64,000 nucleotides of DNA, taken from positions 62,001 through 126,000 of the IMG/VR virus record IMGVR_UViG_3300027770_000027; one strand, 5' to 3'. The position numbers and the translations under genes are program-made. Shown here piece after piece: positions 1-7,974 of the stretch (within the stretch, counting starts at the first letter, position 1; each line of letters starts with the position of its first letter). The notes under the pieces were generated by a model. It saw only the letters and a program-made list of their open reading frames with translations, searched no databases and was not told the origin of the DNA.

Positions 1-60
1 TGTTCATCTTGTTTTTCATCATGTAATAATATTAACGGACGTTGGGGGGAACTGCAAGGA

Positions 61-333
61 CTACTTCCGAGCTCTGGCCTTCTTGAACTGAGCCCTCACC
101 TTTGCAAAGGTCTCGTCCTGCTCGGGCTCCGGGTAGAACCAGTTCCAGGTGTTGCGGACTCCCTTGACCAGGAGCTCGAGGAGGCACAGAGGGATGAGGA
201 TCGGGGAGAGCACCACGGTGAGCAGAGCGGTGACAACGATCGTGGTGATACAGGCGCTCGCTAGTGCGTTGATCGTGGACTGGTGGCGGAGGCGGAAAGC
301 GAAGGCTTCGGTGGGTGTCATGGTGTCTTTCAT
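61..333 (-). CDS. hypothetical membrane protein
   Basis: 90-aa ORF with a hydrophobic stretch, directly behind a TTCCCC promoter. Confidence 0.8.
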   Translation of the reverse strand: MKDTMTPTEAFAFRLRHQSTINALASACITTIVVTALLTVVLSPILIPLCLLELLVKGVRNTWNWFYPEPEQDETFAKVRAQFKKARARK

Positions 334-375
334 CTTGTATATATCTTAGGTGAGGAGAGGGGGAACCGCACGGAC

Positions 376-468
376 TTAGTTGAGGTCGAAGAGGTAGATA
401 AAGGTCGCGCCGAGGCCTACGAGAAGGACGAAGTGAACTGTCACGGCTACTACTTGGAACGTTGTCAT
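376..468 (-). CDS. 30-aa single-TM microprotein (MTTFQVVAVTVHFVLLVGLGATFIYLFDLN)
   Basis: Not in the ORF track. Starts 7 nt after the -10 box of a TTCCCC promoter and its stop abuts the next promoter. Confidence 0.75.
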   Translation of the reverse strand: MTTFQVVAVTVHFVLLVGLGATFIYLFDLN

Positions 469-500
469 TGTTAAGATATTAAAGGATGTACTGGGGAACC

Positions 501-695
501 TCAAGCGAAGACTTCGTGGGCGATCCCGGACTCTGGCTGCTCGTAGGACTCGATGAAGAACCTCTTAGAGTCCTTCCGTTGCCAGATCCACTCCTCCGCG
601 GACTTCCGATCGAAGAAGACTCCGATGAACTCATTGCCGCCGTTGGAGAAGGCTCCGGCTTCCTTGAACACGATATGGACTTGGGTCTTGGTCAT
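501..695 (-). CDS. small hypothetical protein, paralog of 734-898 and of the C-terminus of 16880-17218
   Basis: V(H/Y)IV...FIGVF...A pattern; own TTCCCC promoter. Confidence 0.8.
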   Translation of the reverse strand: MTKTQVHIVFKEAGAFSNGGNEFIGVFFDRKSAEEWIWQRKDSKRFFIESYEQPESGIAHEVFA

Positions 696-733
696 AGTTC
701 TATTATGGGTTAGGAACTGGGGAAGCTCAACGC

Positions 734-898
734 TTATCGTCCGAGAGCAGGCAGGGGCTTCTGAACAGTCACCCAGTGGAGGATCTCGGTCGGGACTCGG
801 AACACCTTAGCTGCCTGCTCTGCGTCCTCGCGCTTGGCGTAAGCTCCGAGGAAAGCCTGATTGTCTTCGCGAACGAGAATGTAAACGGTGTCTTTCAT
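734..898 (-). CDS. small hypothetical protein (start revised to MKDTVY)
   Basis: TTCCCC-N11-TAAGAT module places the start at 898. Confidence 0.75.
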   Translation of the reverse strand: MKDTVYILVREDNQAFLGAYAKREDAEQAAKVFRVPTEILHWVTVQKPLPALGR

Positions 899-930
899 TG
901 TTAATATCTTAGTGGATCTAACGGGGAAGC

Positions 931-1128
931 TCAAGCCTCAAGAGCGAGGACGTTGAACGGGACCTGGACTACCTGATTGCTGGGAAGTTCCACGCAGACA
1001 TCCAGCTCGGTGTTCTTCTCCAGGCGAGCGGCCACGGACATGGCCTGCCAGAGAGTCTCGTGGGATGTGTGGATCCGGTAGGGCTTGTTGGGGTAGAGAG
1101 GGGAGCGAGTGAGGACGTTGTAGGTCAT
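931..1128 (-). CDS. hypothetical protein
   Basis: 65-aa ORF in a tightly packed run. Confidence 0.7.
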   Translation of the reverse strand: MTYNVLTRSPLYPNKPYRIHTSHETLWQAMSVAARLEKNTELDVCVELPSNQVVQVPFNVLALEA

Positions 1129-1140
1129 GGTGATTGGGAA

Positions 1141-1242
1141 TTAGAGGTTATGCTTAGCTGCTACGTAGGTCACGAAGACTGCGGCGACTCCGGTGAGAGC
1201 GACTCCGGTGAACATCAGGATGGGAAGGACTGTTTCAATCAT
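1141..1242 (-). CDS. 33-aa single-TM microprotein (MIETVLPILMFTGVALTGVAAVFVTYVAAKHNL)
   Basis: Not in the track; leaderless ATG 6 nt after TAAGAT. Confidence 0.75.
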   Translation of the reverse strand: MIETVLPILMFTGVALTGVAAVFVTYVAAKHNL

Positions 1243-1281
1243 GTAATAATCTTAGCACATGACTGGGGGAACCTCCCGCCC

Positions 1282-1530
1282 TCAATAGTGCCGTGTCTTT
1301 GACTCTGTCTTGACTCGCTCATACTCTGCTCGCGTCCTCTCGTCTTCCAAAGAGAGGAGTAGCCGGTGGAGTTGGCCTGCAGCAACCTGATAGGCCTTCT
1401 CGGCGGTGTAGGCTTCCCGGCGAAGGGCATTGACGGCATCCAGCTTATCTGTCTTGTGAGCAGAGAGACTGTCCAGGAGGTCGAGTTGTTGGCGGACGCC
1501 GGGGTTATTGAGGATGTCTTGGTTATTCAT
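1282..1530 (-). CDS. hypothetical coiled-coil protein
   Basis: 82-aa helical ORF. Confidence 0.7.
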   Translation of the reverse strand: MNNQDILNNPGVRQQLDLLDSLSAHKTDKLDAVNALRREAYTAEKAYQVAAGQLHRLLLSLEDERTRAEYERVKTESKTRHY

Positions 1531-1554
1531 AGATTTATTGGTTGTGGGGAAAGA

Positions 1555-1731
1555 TTAGTGGCGGTTCCGGGGATTGATTCCCTTCCCGGCGTTCTCCTGC
1601 CGGTGGATGATGACCCCGGCGATCACGAAGAGGACAATCACAGGCCAGAAGTTCACGGCGAGCTTGAGGAAGACCTGGCCAATGAGGGAAAGCTTGTCTG
1701 TGAGGGTCATGTCGAAGTGTTCTTGAATCAT
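1555..1731 (-). CDS. 58-aa membrane protein (MIQEHFDMTLTDKL...)
   Basis: Not in the track; TTCCCA-N11-CATAAT-N6-ATG; one TM segment. Confidence 0.75.
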   Translation of the reverse strand: MIQEHFDMTLTDKLSLIGQVFLKLAVNFWPVIVLFVIAGVIIHRQENAGKGINPRNRH

Positions 1732-1788
1732 GTTTCTATTATGGCTGGGAATGCTGGGAAGGGAACGGCTGACTTTAACATTGAGGTC

Positions 1789-1971
1789 CTACTTGCACAG
1801 GCAGTAGACTCCGAAGAGGGCCAGCCCTCCCACGATGAGGCCGTGGTTCCCCAGGAACGCGAGACATAGGGTTCCCAGGGCGGTTCCGGCCATCGCCATT
1901 CCTAGGAAGGCGGACGGGCATAGGAACCAGAGGGCTGCGAGAACGGCGAGGAACATCATTACTTTCATCAT
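1789..1971 (-). CDS. 60-aa hydrophobic membrane protein
   Basis: Almost entirely hydrophobic; MMK leaderless start. Confidence 0.8.
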   Translation of the reverse strand: MMKVMMFLAVLAALWFLCPSAFLGMAMAGTALGTLCLAFLGNHGLIVGGLALFGVYCLCK

Positions 1972-2032
1972 GTATATATCTTACAGGACTTGAGGGGGAA
2001 GGGAACGCCGGAACGGGAAGGAAGGGAAGCGG

Positions 2033-2057
2033 GGGAGCCCCCACACAGGAGCTCCCC
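2033..2057 (-). terminator. GC-rich hairpin after 2072-2719 (weak U-tract)
   Basis: GGGAGCTCC...GGGGCTCCC stem on the minus strand. Confidence 0.4.
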
Positions 2058-2071
2058 TATGATGAAAGTGA

Positions 2072-2719
2072 TTAGGCTTTGCGCCGGGGGCCTTTGGTTC
2101 CCTTCCGGGTATCCTCAGGCTTGCGCTTCATGTCCTTGGAGTTGCAGAGACAGAACTCAGACAGAGGACATTGGGAACAACCAGCGTCTAGGAAGATATC
2201 GGGGCGCTGGCAGACCCCACGCGTGAGTTCTTCCACGGCTTCTCTAGACTTGAAATCAATCTTAACACCCTTGGCATCAGGATTAAACTTTGGGAGCTCA
2301 GCACGGACCTTGTCTTTACGGTCCTCCATATCTTCTCGAGTAAGGTAGTCCTCCTTAACATTACTACCCACCGTGATATTATCCTCTTTGGCTTTACGGA
2401 CCTTCGGAACTTTAACTTGTTTCGCAGGAGTACTAGCCTTACGACAATCTCCACATACGAACTTAGTAAGAAGTAATTCAATGGTGTTATACTCCGGCTT
2501 AGCCAACTGGCGTTTCAGGTTATCCCCGAACATGGAGGTCTGCTTATTCTTACAGCAAGAGCAATTGATCTTCTGTACCGGGAGGCGATCATTCTCCTTA
2601 TAGAAGGCAACCCACTCCTTAAGGTTCTTGAACTGATCGCCTCCCGAGGCCTGCTTGATGGCCACCTTAGCGGCTTTGGCTGCTGCACCGAACTTCTTAC
2701 GATATACTTTCTTCATCAT
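2072..2719 (-). CDS. Lys-rich protein with several Cys clusters (putative Zn-binding nucleic-acid-binding early protein)
   Basis: CSCC, CGDC and CQRP...CSQC...CLC motifs; basic termini. Confidence 0.8.
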   Translation of the reverse strand: MMKKVYRKKFGAAAKAAKVAIKQASGGDQFKNLKEWVAFYKENDRLPVQKINCSCCKNKQTSMFGDNLKRQLAKPEYNTIELLLTKFVCGDCRKASTPAKQVKVPKVRKAKEDNITVGSNVKEDYLTREDMEDRKDKVRAELPKFNPDAKGVKIDFKSREAVEELTRGVCQRPDIFLDAGCSQCPLSEFCLCNSKDMKRKPEDTRKGTKGPRRKA

Positions 2720-2757
2720 GTAATAATCTTAGCTGAAGTTGTGGGGAAGGGACCGAC

Positions 2758-2991
2758 TTACTTGCCGCAGTAGGCTTCGTCGTACACCGCGTTCATCTCC
2801 TGAGCCGCTTCGAGGCCTTCGCTATATCCTTTGTCTCGGCCAGCTTCAAAGGTCTTCTTCACCAGGGTGACCAGGGAACCGATGTACACGTCCCGGAAGT
2901 CCAGGCGATCCATATTACGGACCGCAATCGTTTCGATCTCGGTGTCGATGTGCTTCTGCAGGAGGGAAAGGATTTCGTCGTTCTTCATCAT
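2758..2991 (-). CDS. DUF6900-like small protein
   Basis: IETIAVRNMDRLDFRDV...FEAG matches the recalled family pattern TLETRNSDxLDFHDV. Confidence 0.65.
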   Translation of the reverse strand: MMKNDEILSLLQKHIDTEIETIAVRNMDRLDFRDVYIGSLVTLVKKTFEAGRDKGYSEGLEAAQEMNAVYDEAYCGK

Positions 2992-3029
2992 GTAATAATC
3001 TTAGCTGAAGTTGTGGGGAAGCTCCCGGC

Positions 3030-3212
3030 TTATCGGCCGAGGTTGTTTAGCTTGCGAATGGCGGCGTGAACTGCCCTAAGCTGGTTTACCAGGGGGTCTC
3101 CCAGACCGACGAGGCCTCCGTCTAGGACGATCTCGTCGATCTGCTTGTTGATGTCCCTGGACCGGTCCTTAAGTGCCGCCAGGGTCTTTGCTCTCTTCAT
3201 CTTGCTCATCAT
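3030..3212 (-). CDS. hypothetical protein (start revised to MMSKMK)
   Basis: TTCCCC-N11-TATGAT-N6-ATGATG. Confidence 0.75.
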   Translation of the reverse strand: MMSKMKRAKTLAALKDRSRDINKQIDEIVLDGGLVGLGDPLVNQLRAVHAAIRKLNNLGR

Positions 3213-3265
3213 GTAATAATCATAGAGCAGAATATGGGGAAGCGCAAGCGCGAATTTGCGTCTCC

Positions 3266-3478
3266 TCAATCAAGGGGGTATAGTTTCTCCTCCTGATCTT
3301 GGTGGGTCATATAAGCCACCGCGTCTGGGGAGAGTTGCGCATGGAGGAGGTCCTGCTCTAATTGCCACCCCATGTGAGGGCATATTCGGCGGGGCATGCC
3401 CTCCTGAGGTGGCGGACGTTCCTGGGCGACCTTCCGACCCATCGGGCCCCATTGCGCTGCGGGTGTATCATCTGACAT
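3266..3478 (-). CDS. hypothetical protein (start MSDDTP)
   Basis: TTCCCG...TATAAT-N6-ATG promoter at 3479-3510. Confidence 0.55.
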   Translation of the reverse strand: MSDDTPAAQWGPMGRKVAQERPPPQEGMPRRICPHMGWQLEQDLLHAQLSPDAVAYMTHQDQEEKLYPLD

Positions 3479-3588
3479 GCTATCATTATAGCGCAGGGTC
3501 ACCGGGAAGGCAATCGGAGCTTCGGGTTCCCCATGATTTTATAATTTGGTAGTTGCAAAAATTTTTTTTGTGATTAGACTTCCCCTAA

Positions 3589-3634
3589 CCGAAATACTGG
3601 CCGAAATCGAGACCGACAATCATCAGGCCGAAAT
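3589..3634. repeat. short direct repeats CCGAAAT (3589, 3601, 3628; variant CCGACAA at 3613)
   Basis: Read directly, in non-coding DNA at the GC boundary. Confidence 0.6.
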
Positions 3635-3673
3635 ACAAACCTGATCTCCTCTTACCATTACTGTTCTATAGAT

Positions 3674-3751
3674 CTACCAGATACCTAACAACAAACTAAT
3701 AACGGCCAAGCCTATTAGAAGTACTTGCAAGGTATCTGATAGATGATTCAT
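3674..3751 (-). CDS. 25-aa TM microprotein (MNHLSDTLQVLLIGLAVISLLLGIW)
   Basis: ATGA overlap with the upstream micro-ORF; hydrophobic. Confidence 0.6.
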   Translation of the reverse strand: MNHLSDTLQVLLIGLAVISLLLGIW

Positions 3752-3825
3752 TCTTGTTTATGAGAACAATGATAACCTAAAACCCAGACGGCTATAAAAC
3801 CTAAGAGTCCTAAGAACTCCATCAT
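3748..3825 (-). CDS. 25-aa TM microprotein (MMEFLGLLGFIAVWVLGYHCSHKQE)
   Basis: ATGA overlaps on both sides. Confidence 0.6.
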   Translation of the reverse strand: MMEFLGLLGFIAVWVLGYHCSHKQE

Positions 3826-3905
3826 ACAATAAACAGGAAGATGAATAGATATGCCAAGATGGATATACTAAGGGCAATCTTAATAAAGTAGTGGTTATCT
3901 TTCAT
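3822..3905 (-). CDS. 27-aa TM microprotein (MKDNHYFIKIALSISILAYLFIFLFIV)
   Basis: Downstream of TTGAGT...TGnTATAAT at 3941-3968. Confidence 0.6.
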   Translation of the reverse strand: MKDNHYFIKIALSISILAYLFIFLFIV

Positions 3906-3976
3906 GGTCTAATATTTTAAGCTGTATTAACTTATACGGTATTATAACATACCTCTCTATTAACTCAAGATCTTTC

Positions 3977-4600
3977 TTAGGCTTTAATGGCTCTTCCTTC
4001 TTTGTCTACTAGATATCCATAGAAGTCCACCTCAGGATACTCATCTCCTAATTGTTTGAATGCTTCTATATTCTTTTCCGCGTCGTCATATAATCTAGCC
4101 ACATCAAACTCTTTACTATCTAGATACCTTCTAATGATAACCGCTTTCTTCTCTGCTATATTCAGATTAGGAATCTGTAGATTACCAGCGCGTTCCACAT
4201 ATACCATATCAATGTTGATCCCATGCTTTCTAAAGGTATCTAGGAATACTTCTTTGTTATCGAAATCCGAACGGGCTGTAATAATGATTACTCTACTCTT
4301 AGGATTCCTATGGACATTACCTAGAATACCAATCATCTTATTCACCATAGAAGGAATGGGAACACTCTCCTGATTAAACTTCTTAGCATCCTTGAACTCC
4401 TGGAAGTCTGGTTTTTCTCCCGGTTGCCACTCATAGGTATTGAACTCACTATTGCTAATAGGCTTGGTCTTTCCTTCCGAGTCTGTCACTCCCACCTTAG
4501 CCGTAGTATGGAACAAAGTATCATCTATATCAAACACCGTAAGAGACCCTAGATTATGTCTATGGGTCGTCTCCGTATAATAGTCTTGAAAGCTTTGCAT
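3977..4600 (-). CDS. HAD-superfamily phosphatase (polynucleotide 3'-phosphatase-like); start revised to MQSFQDYYTE
   Basis: FDIDDT (motif I), ITAR (II), K, YDD (IV). Confidence 0.85.
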   Translation of the reverse strand: MQSFQDYYTETTHRHNLGSLTVFDIDDTLFHTTAKVGVTDSEGKTKPISNSEFNTYEWQPGEKPDFQEFKDAKKFNQESVPIPSMVNKMIGILGNVHRNPKSRVIIITARSDFDNKEVFLDTFRKHGINIDMVYVERAGNLQIPNLNIAEKKAVIIRRYLDSKEFDVARLYDDAEKNIEAFKQLGDEYPEVDFYGYLVDKEGRAIKA

Positions 4601-4601
4601 A

Positions 4602-4814
4602 CTATTCACCGGAGATGGTCTCCTTAATATGTTTCTGTACCGCATCAAACAATTCAGTAACCAACCCGCTGATGTTTTCTTCTATCCTATAAGCCTTAAG
4701 GATGGATCTAAAAGTATCTTTCAAGGTAGCATCTTCCTTAGCATCTGGATTAGCTTCTTCCTTTAAGAGTTGTTCATAGATAGATTCTAATTGTAATTGT
4801 TCGCGGTCTTCCAT
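4602..4814 (-). CDS. small late protein with N-terminal targeting-like peptide (MEDREQLQLESIYEQLLKE)
   Basis: ATAAATA box immediately upstream. Confidence 0.75.
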   Translation of the reverse strand: MEDREQLQLESIYEQLLKEEANPDAKEDATLKDTFRSILKAYRIEENISGLVTELFDAVQKHIKETISGE

Positions 4815-4926
4815 AATCTTTATTTATCAATTCATTTATTTTAAAGTACGAGATAACTTCGTTAATAGCGCGGTATTAAAGGGTATTTTATTAGTTTCTT
4901 CTAGAAAAACCTAAAATAGAATTCCC

Positions 4927-4994
4927 TTTTTCTCACTTTTTGAGCCCTTTTTTGCGATTTTTGTCCCCTTTTTCTCAATTTTTGAAAGGTTTTT
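4927..4994. other. phased T5-6 tracts (intrinsically curved DNA)
   Basis: Tracts start at 4927, 4937, 4948, 4958, 4969, 4979 and 4990, a 10.5-bp period. Confidence 0.9.
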
Positions 4995-5011
4995 GCTATT
5001 AAAGTTAGTGT

Positions 5012-5197
5012 TTAATCCTGTTTATGCAGCAAAAAATGGTAGATATTCTTTATTTGATTTTCGAGATCTTTGACCTTTTCCTCTAGATCTTTAATCCTAT
5101 TCCTAGAGTCTTCAATCAATGCATCCCTAGAATCTTTTATTTCATGCCCATACATTTTAGCGGTAAGAGTGGGTCCTGGATAATCGTAGTCATTCAT
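5012..5197 (-). CDS. hypothetical coiled-coil protein
   Basis: ORF track; packed operon. Confidence 0.7.
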   Translation of the reverse strand: MNDYDYPGPTLTAKMYGHEIKDSRDALIEDSRNRIKDLEEKVKDLENQIKNIYHFLLHKQD

Positions 5198-5198
5198 A

Positions 5199-5561
5199 TT
5201 AATAAGAAGGTTTTCTAAAGGTTTCCTTGCCGTTTAGATAATACACTAGCTCTTCGTCTTTTTCCAGATACTTTATGGTAAAACGATAAGGTTTATTAGG
5301 CTTAAATGTAATCCCATCTACCTGATGCCTCGGCATACTATTAGTACAGACCTCGCCATCGTACTGATGCAATAGCTTCTCATCATCTTCAATGTCTGAA
5401 AGATATAGATCATTTCCGCAAGAGAACTCCATATCAAAGGCTTGTTCAATATGTTCTACTGAACCACAGGCCTTATACAATTCATTGTAGTCAGACTCTT
5501 GATCTTCAGTCAAAGGAAACATTAAATATACATCAAATACTGTGTTACTCATATCTTTCAT
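5199..5561 (-). CDS. hypothetical acidic protein
   Basis: ORF track; packed operon. Confidence 0.75.
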   Translation of the reverse strand: MKDMSNTVFDVYLMFPLTEDQESDYNELYKACGSVEHIEQAFDMEFSCGNDLYLSDIEDDEKLLHQYDGEVCTNSMPRHQVDGITFKPNKPYRFTIKYLEKDEELVYYLNGKETFRKPSY

Positions 5562-5572
5562 ATTTACTCATA

Positions 5573-5758
5573 TTAGACAAGTTTCACTGCCAGTTGAGTG
5601 TCGTAAGGGCCTTCCTTCTTACCATTATAGACAATGTACTCGTTCTGGTAGGCTTCTTGGATTTCATAAGTGCCTTCTTCATTTGTGGCAACAACAATAA
5701 GGTCTCCGTGCTTAGCTTTAAGTGCTTCCAGCTTTTCAATTAGTTCTGAGATCTTCAT
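5573..5758 (-). CDS. hypothetical protein (MKISELIEKLE..HGDL.V type)
   Basis: N-terminus typical of small phage proteins. Confidence 0.75.
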   Translation of the reverse strand: MKISELIEKLEALKAKHGDLIVVATNEEGTYEIQEAYQNEYIVYNGKKEGPYDTQLAVKLV

Positions 5759-5788
5759 ATTAGTATACTTCCTTTGATGTGTTTCGTA

Positions 5789-6016
5789 CTAGTCAACAAG
5801 ATCCACTTGAATGCTAATCCCGTTGAATGTGGCTCCGATTCCTTTGTATTGGAATCGATCATCTGCAATACACTTCAAGGCTTCTTCCACTGCTCCAGCC
5901 GTACGAAGATCAACCGTATCATGTAGTTTACTATACGTACAATTCACCATCATACGACCATCTACACCCCAGGTCCGAACGATCCGCAGCTTCTGTTTCG
6001 ATTTGATCTTCATCAT
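5789..6016 (-). CDS. hypothetical protein (start revised to MMKIK)
   Basis: TTCCCC promoter with leaderless ATGATG. Confidence 0.75.
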   Translation of the reverse strand: MMKIKSKQKLRIVRTWGVDGRMMVNCTYSKLHDTVDLRTAGAVEEALKCIADDRFQYKGIGATFNGISIQVDLVD

Positions 6017-6035
6017 GTATATATTATGTAGGAGG

Positions 6036-6257
6036 TTAGGGGGAAGGTCCACCTGGTTGTCGGCTTTCTAAGACCTCATGGGTTGCAACCTGGCGAATCA
6101 ATTCAATATGCCTATCTGGGTAATCATAACAAGTAAACTTGTAAGAGTTACGAGCAGGCTGCTCATCTTTGAATTCACCCCAACACCAGAACTCTCCATT
6201 GTTATCTCTATAGCCCACTAGATAGGTATATTGATTATCACCGGTTCTCATATCCAT
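6036..6257 (-). CDS. small paralogous-family protein
   Basis: YxxLVGYRD..W...F.DE..A...I.LIR pattern. Confidence 0.7.
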   Translation of the reverse strand: MDMRTGDNQYTYLVGYRDNNGEFWCWGEFKDEQPARNSYKFTCYDYPDRHIELIRQVATHEVLESRQPGGPSP

Positions 6258-6679
6258 TCAGACTTAATAGTTACTTCTCTTTTGACGATTCGATATGTAT
6301 CACAATAAGGTCTACCAGAGTATTCGGCAATGTAATCATAGGCCTCTTTCAAGGTGTCTAGATTATACCTACGAACATTCCATTCATCTTTCTTTTCCCA
6401 GTCTTGAACTTCAATGTCATAAGAGATTCTAGTAGTGGTTTCCGCTGGCTTAGTATTGTTCTTACGAAAACAAAAAGACCTTTTATGTTCAATCACCTGA
6501 GCATCTAGGATCAAAGGGTCTTTGAAAAGTTCTTTAATGGCTATAGAAACATCATCTACATTATGATACTCTGAGGTCCTGTCGTAATCATCAGTTTGAG
6601 TATAGACCTCTACAGCATCTCGCTTTTTATTAGTCTTAGTGACCTCAATGGTATATACAGTTTTATTTAGGTATGCCAT
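6248..6679 (-). CDS. small paralogous-family protein, apparently two tandem domains
   Basis: YTIEV... and YDIEV...W...EA...YRIVKREV. Confidence 0.75.
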   Translation of the reverse strand: MAYLNKTVYTIEVTKTNKKRDAVEVYTQTDDYDRTSEYHNVDDVSIAIKELFKDPLILDAQVIEHKRSFCFRKNNTKPAETTTRISYDIEVQDWEKKDEWNVRRYNLDTLKEAYDYIAEYSGRPYCDTYRIVKREVTIKSEWI

Positions 6680-6685
6680 ATTAAT

Positions 6686-6886
6686 TTAATCCTTTGCTCT
6701 CGCACCATATATGGTATCATATCCACTATCATATCCAATCTGATAACCAGCTTCGAATCCTTCATTCAAAGCTTCCTTAGCAATCTGCCTGAATAGCTCT
6801 CGATGGTGCTCATAAGACATAGCTTTGTGTTTAGTCTCTAGTACTTTGTTAATGATCTTGTCAATGGCTTCGTATTCTTCTTCCAT
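6686..6886 (-). CDS. hypothetical protein
   Basis: GFEAGYQIGYDSGY repeats. Confidence 0.7.
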   Translation of the reverse strand: MEEEYEAIDKIINKVLETKHKAMSYEHHRELFRQIAKEALNEGFEAGYQIGYDSGYDTIYGARAKD

Positions 6887-6887
6887 A

Positions 6888-7106
6888 TTAGTAAGGGTAA
6901 CTTGATTCTACTCCATCTTGACGCCAAAAGCTAGCTAATTCATCAAAGAAGTCTTGTTCTTTGTAACTGGTATCCCAATAGAATTCAGCACCATAAGGAC
7001 TTTTGCCTTTAATGATCCACTTTTCTAATGAAGTGTAGTATTGTACCTCAAAAGTATAAGCTGCGGCAACATGCAATAAGGTTTGGGAAGGAGGATTGGA
7101 GGTCAT
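6888..7106 (-). CDS. hypothetical protein
   Basis: ORF track. Confidence 0.65.
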   Translation of the reverse strand: MTSNPPSQTLLHVAAAYTFEVQYYTSLEKWIIKGKSPYGAEFYWDTSYKEQDFFDELASFWRQDGVESSYPY

Positions 7107-7150
7107 AATAGAATAAACAGAGAGGAAAGACCTGTATTAACACACTTGTA

Positions 7151-7477
7151 TTAGTGGTTCAATTCCAAGCTATCAACAACGTCTTGGATGGTTTCATAAT
7201 CTTCTTCGGAGATCTCATTCTTAAAATGGGTCTTAGCGATCTCTACCCAATTAACCGCATTGAGATAATCTCCAACAGCTTGATACGCCAAAGACCCCTG
7301 TTTAAGGTCTGCGAACTCCAACTCTTCCACTAGCTGCTCAAAGGCATCTGCCATATGCTCTACATCATCGAACTCCTGGTCTTCTGCCATTGACGCGAAG
7401 ATCTCCTCATACATGAGGTTGATGTTCCAGGTCTGCTTGTTCGTCCAGCCGTTGTATGTCGTATCGTTTCTCATCAT
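7151..7477 (-). CDS. conserved phage hypothetical protein (YNGWTN..TW motif)
   Basis: Motif common in phage and mobile-element proteins; TTCCCC promoter. Confidence 0.8.
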   Translation of the reverse strand: MMRNDTTYNGWTNKQTWNINLMYEEIFASMAEDQEFDDVEHMADAFEQLVEELEFADLKQGSLAYQAVGDYLNAVNWVEIAKTHFKNEISEEDYETIQDVVDSLELNH

Positions 7478-7515
7478 GTAAATATCTTATAGGAAGAAAG
7501 GGGGAACCACACGCC

Positions 7516-7926
7516 TTACAGACTGCCGACATGCAGGACCTTGTCATCCTGGGAAAATTCAAAGCCGTGGCTGTAGTAACCGTTATGTACATTCCATAGA
7601 TGAAGGAATTGTTCCTGATCTCCCTTAATCATACGAAAGACTGCCCGGTTGTCATCATCGTAGTAATCATCAATGCTAGTCGAAAGCTTTTCAAAGAACG
7701 CAGGATCAAAGGTCCAACCTTCGAGTAGTTGATTAACATCTTTACCATCCTGGATGGTGTCATTAAACAAATGATCGTGAAGGTCGGTAGTAACCTTGTC
7801 ACTAACATACCAACCAAAGCTCTCACAGCAGCTAGCTGAGAAATCATATCCGACAAGAACATTGTTCTCGTCTACGAAGTTAATCTTAGAACCCCAGCTA
7901 TCAGGATCTGCATGGAAATAACGCAT
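7516..7926 (-). CDS. conserved phage hypothetical protein (CCE...HNGYYSH motif)
   Basis: Motif recognition. Confidence 0.8.
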   Translation of the reverse strand: MRYFHADPDSWGSKINFVDENNVLVGYDFSASCCESFGWYVSDKVTTDLHDHLFNDTIQDGKDVNQLLEGWTFDPAFFEKLSTSIDDYYDDDNRAVFRMIKGDQEQFLHLWNVHNGYYSHGFEFSQDDKVLHVGSL

Positions 7927-7974
7927 AGTTGTATTGTATAGAGGTCGTGTGGTTGTATTGTTTAGAGGTAAGAC

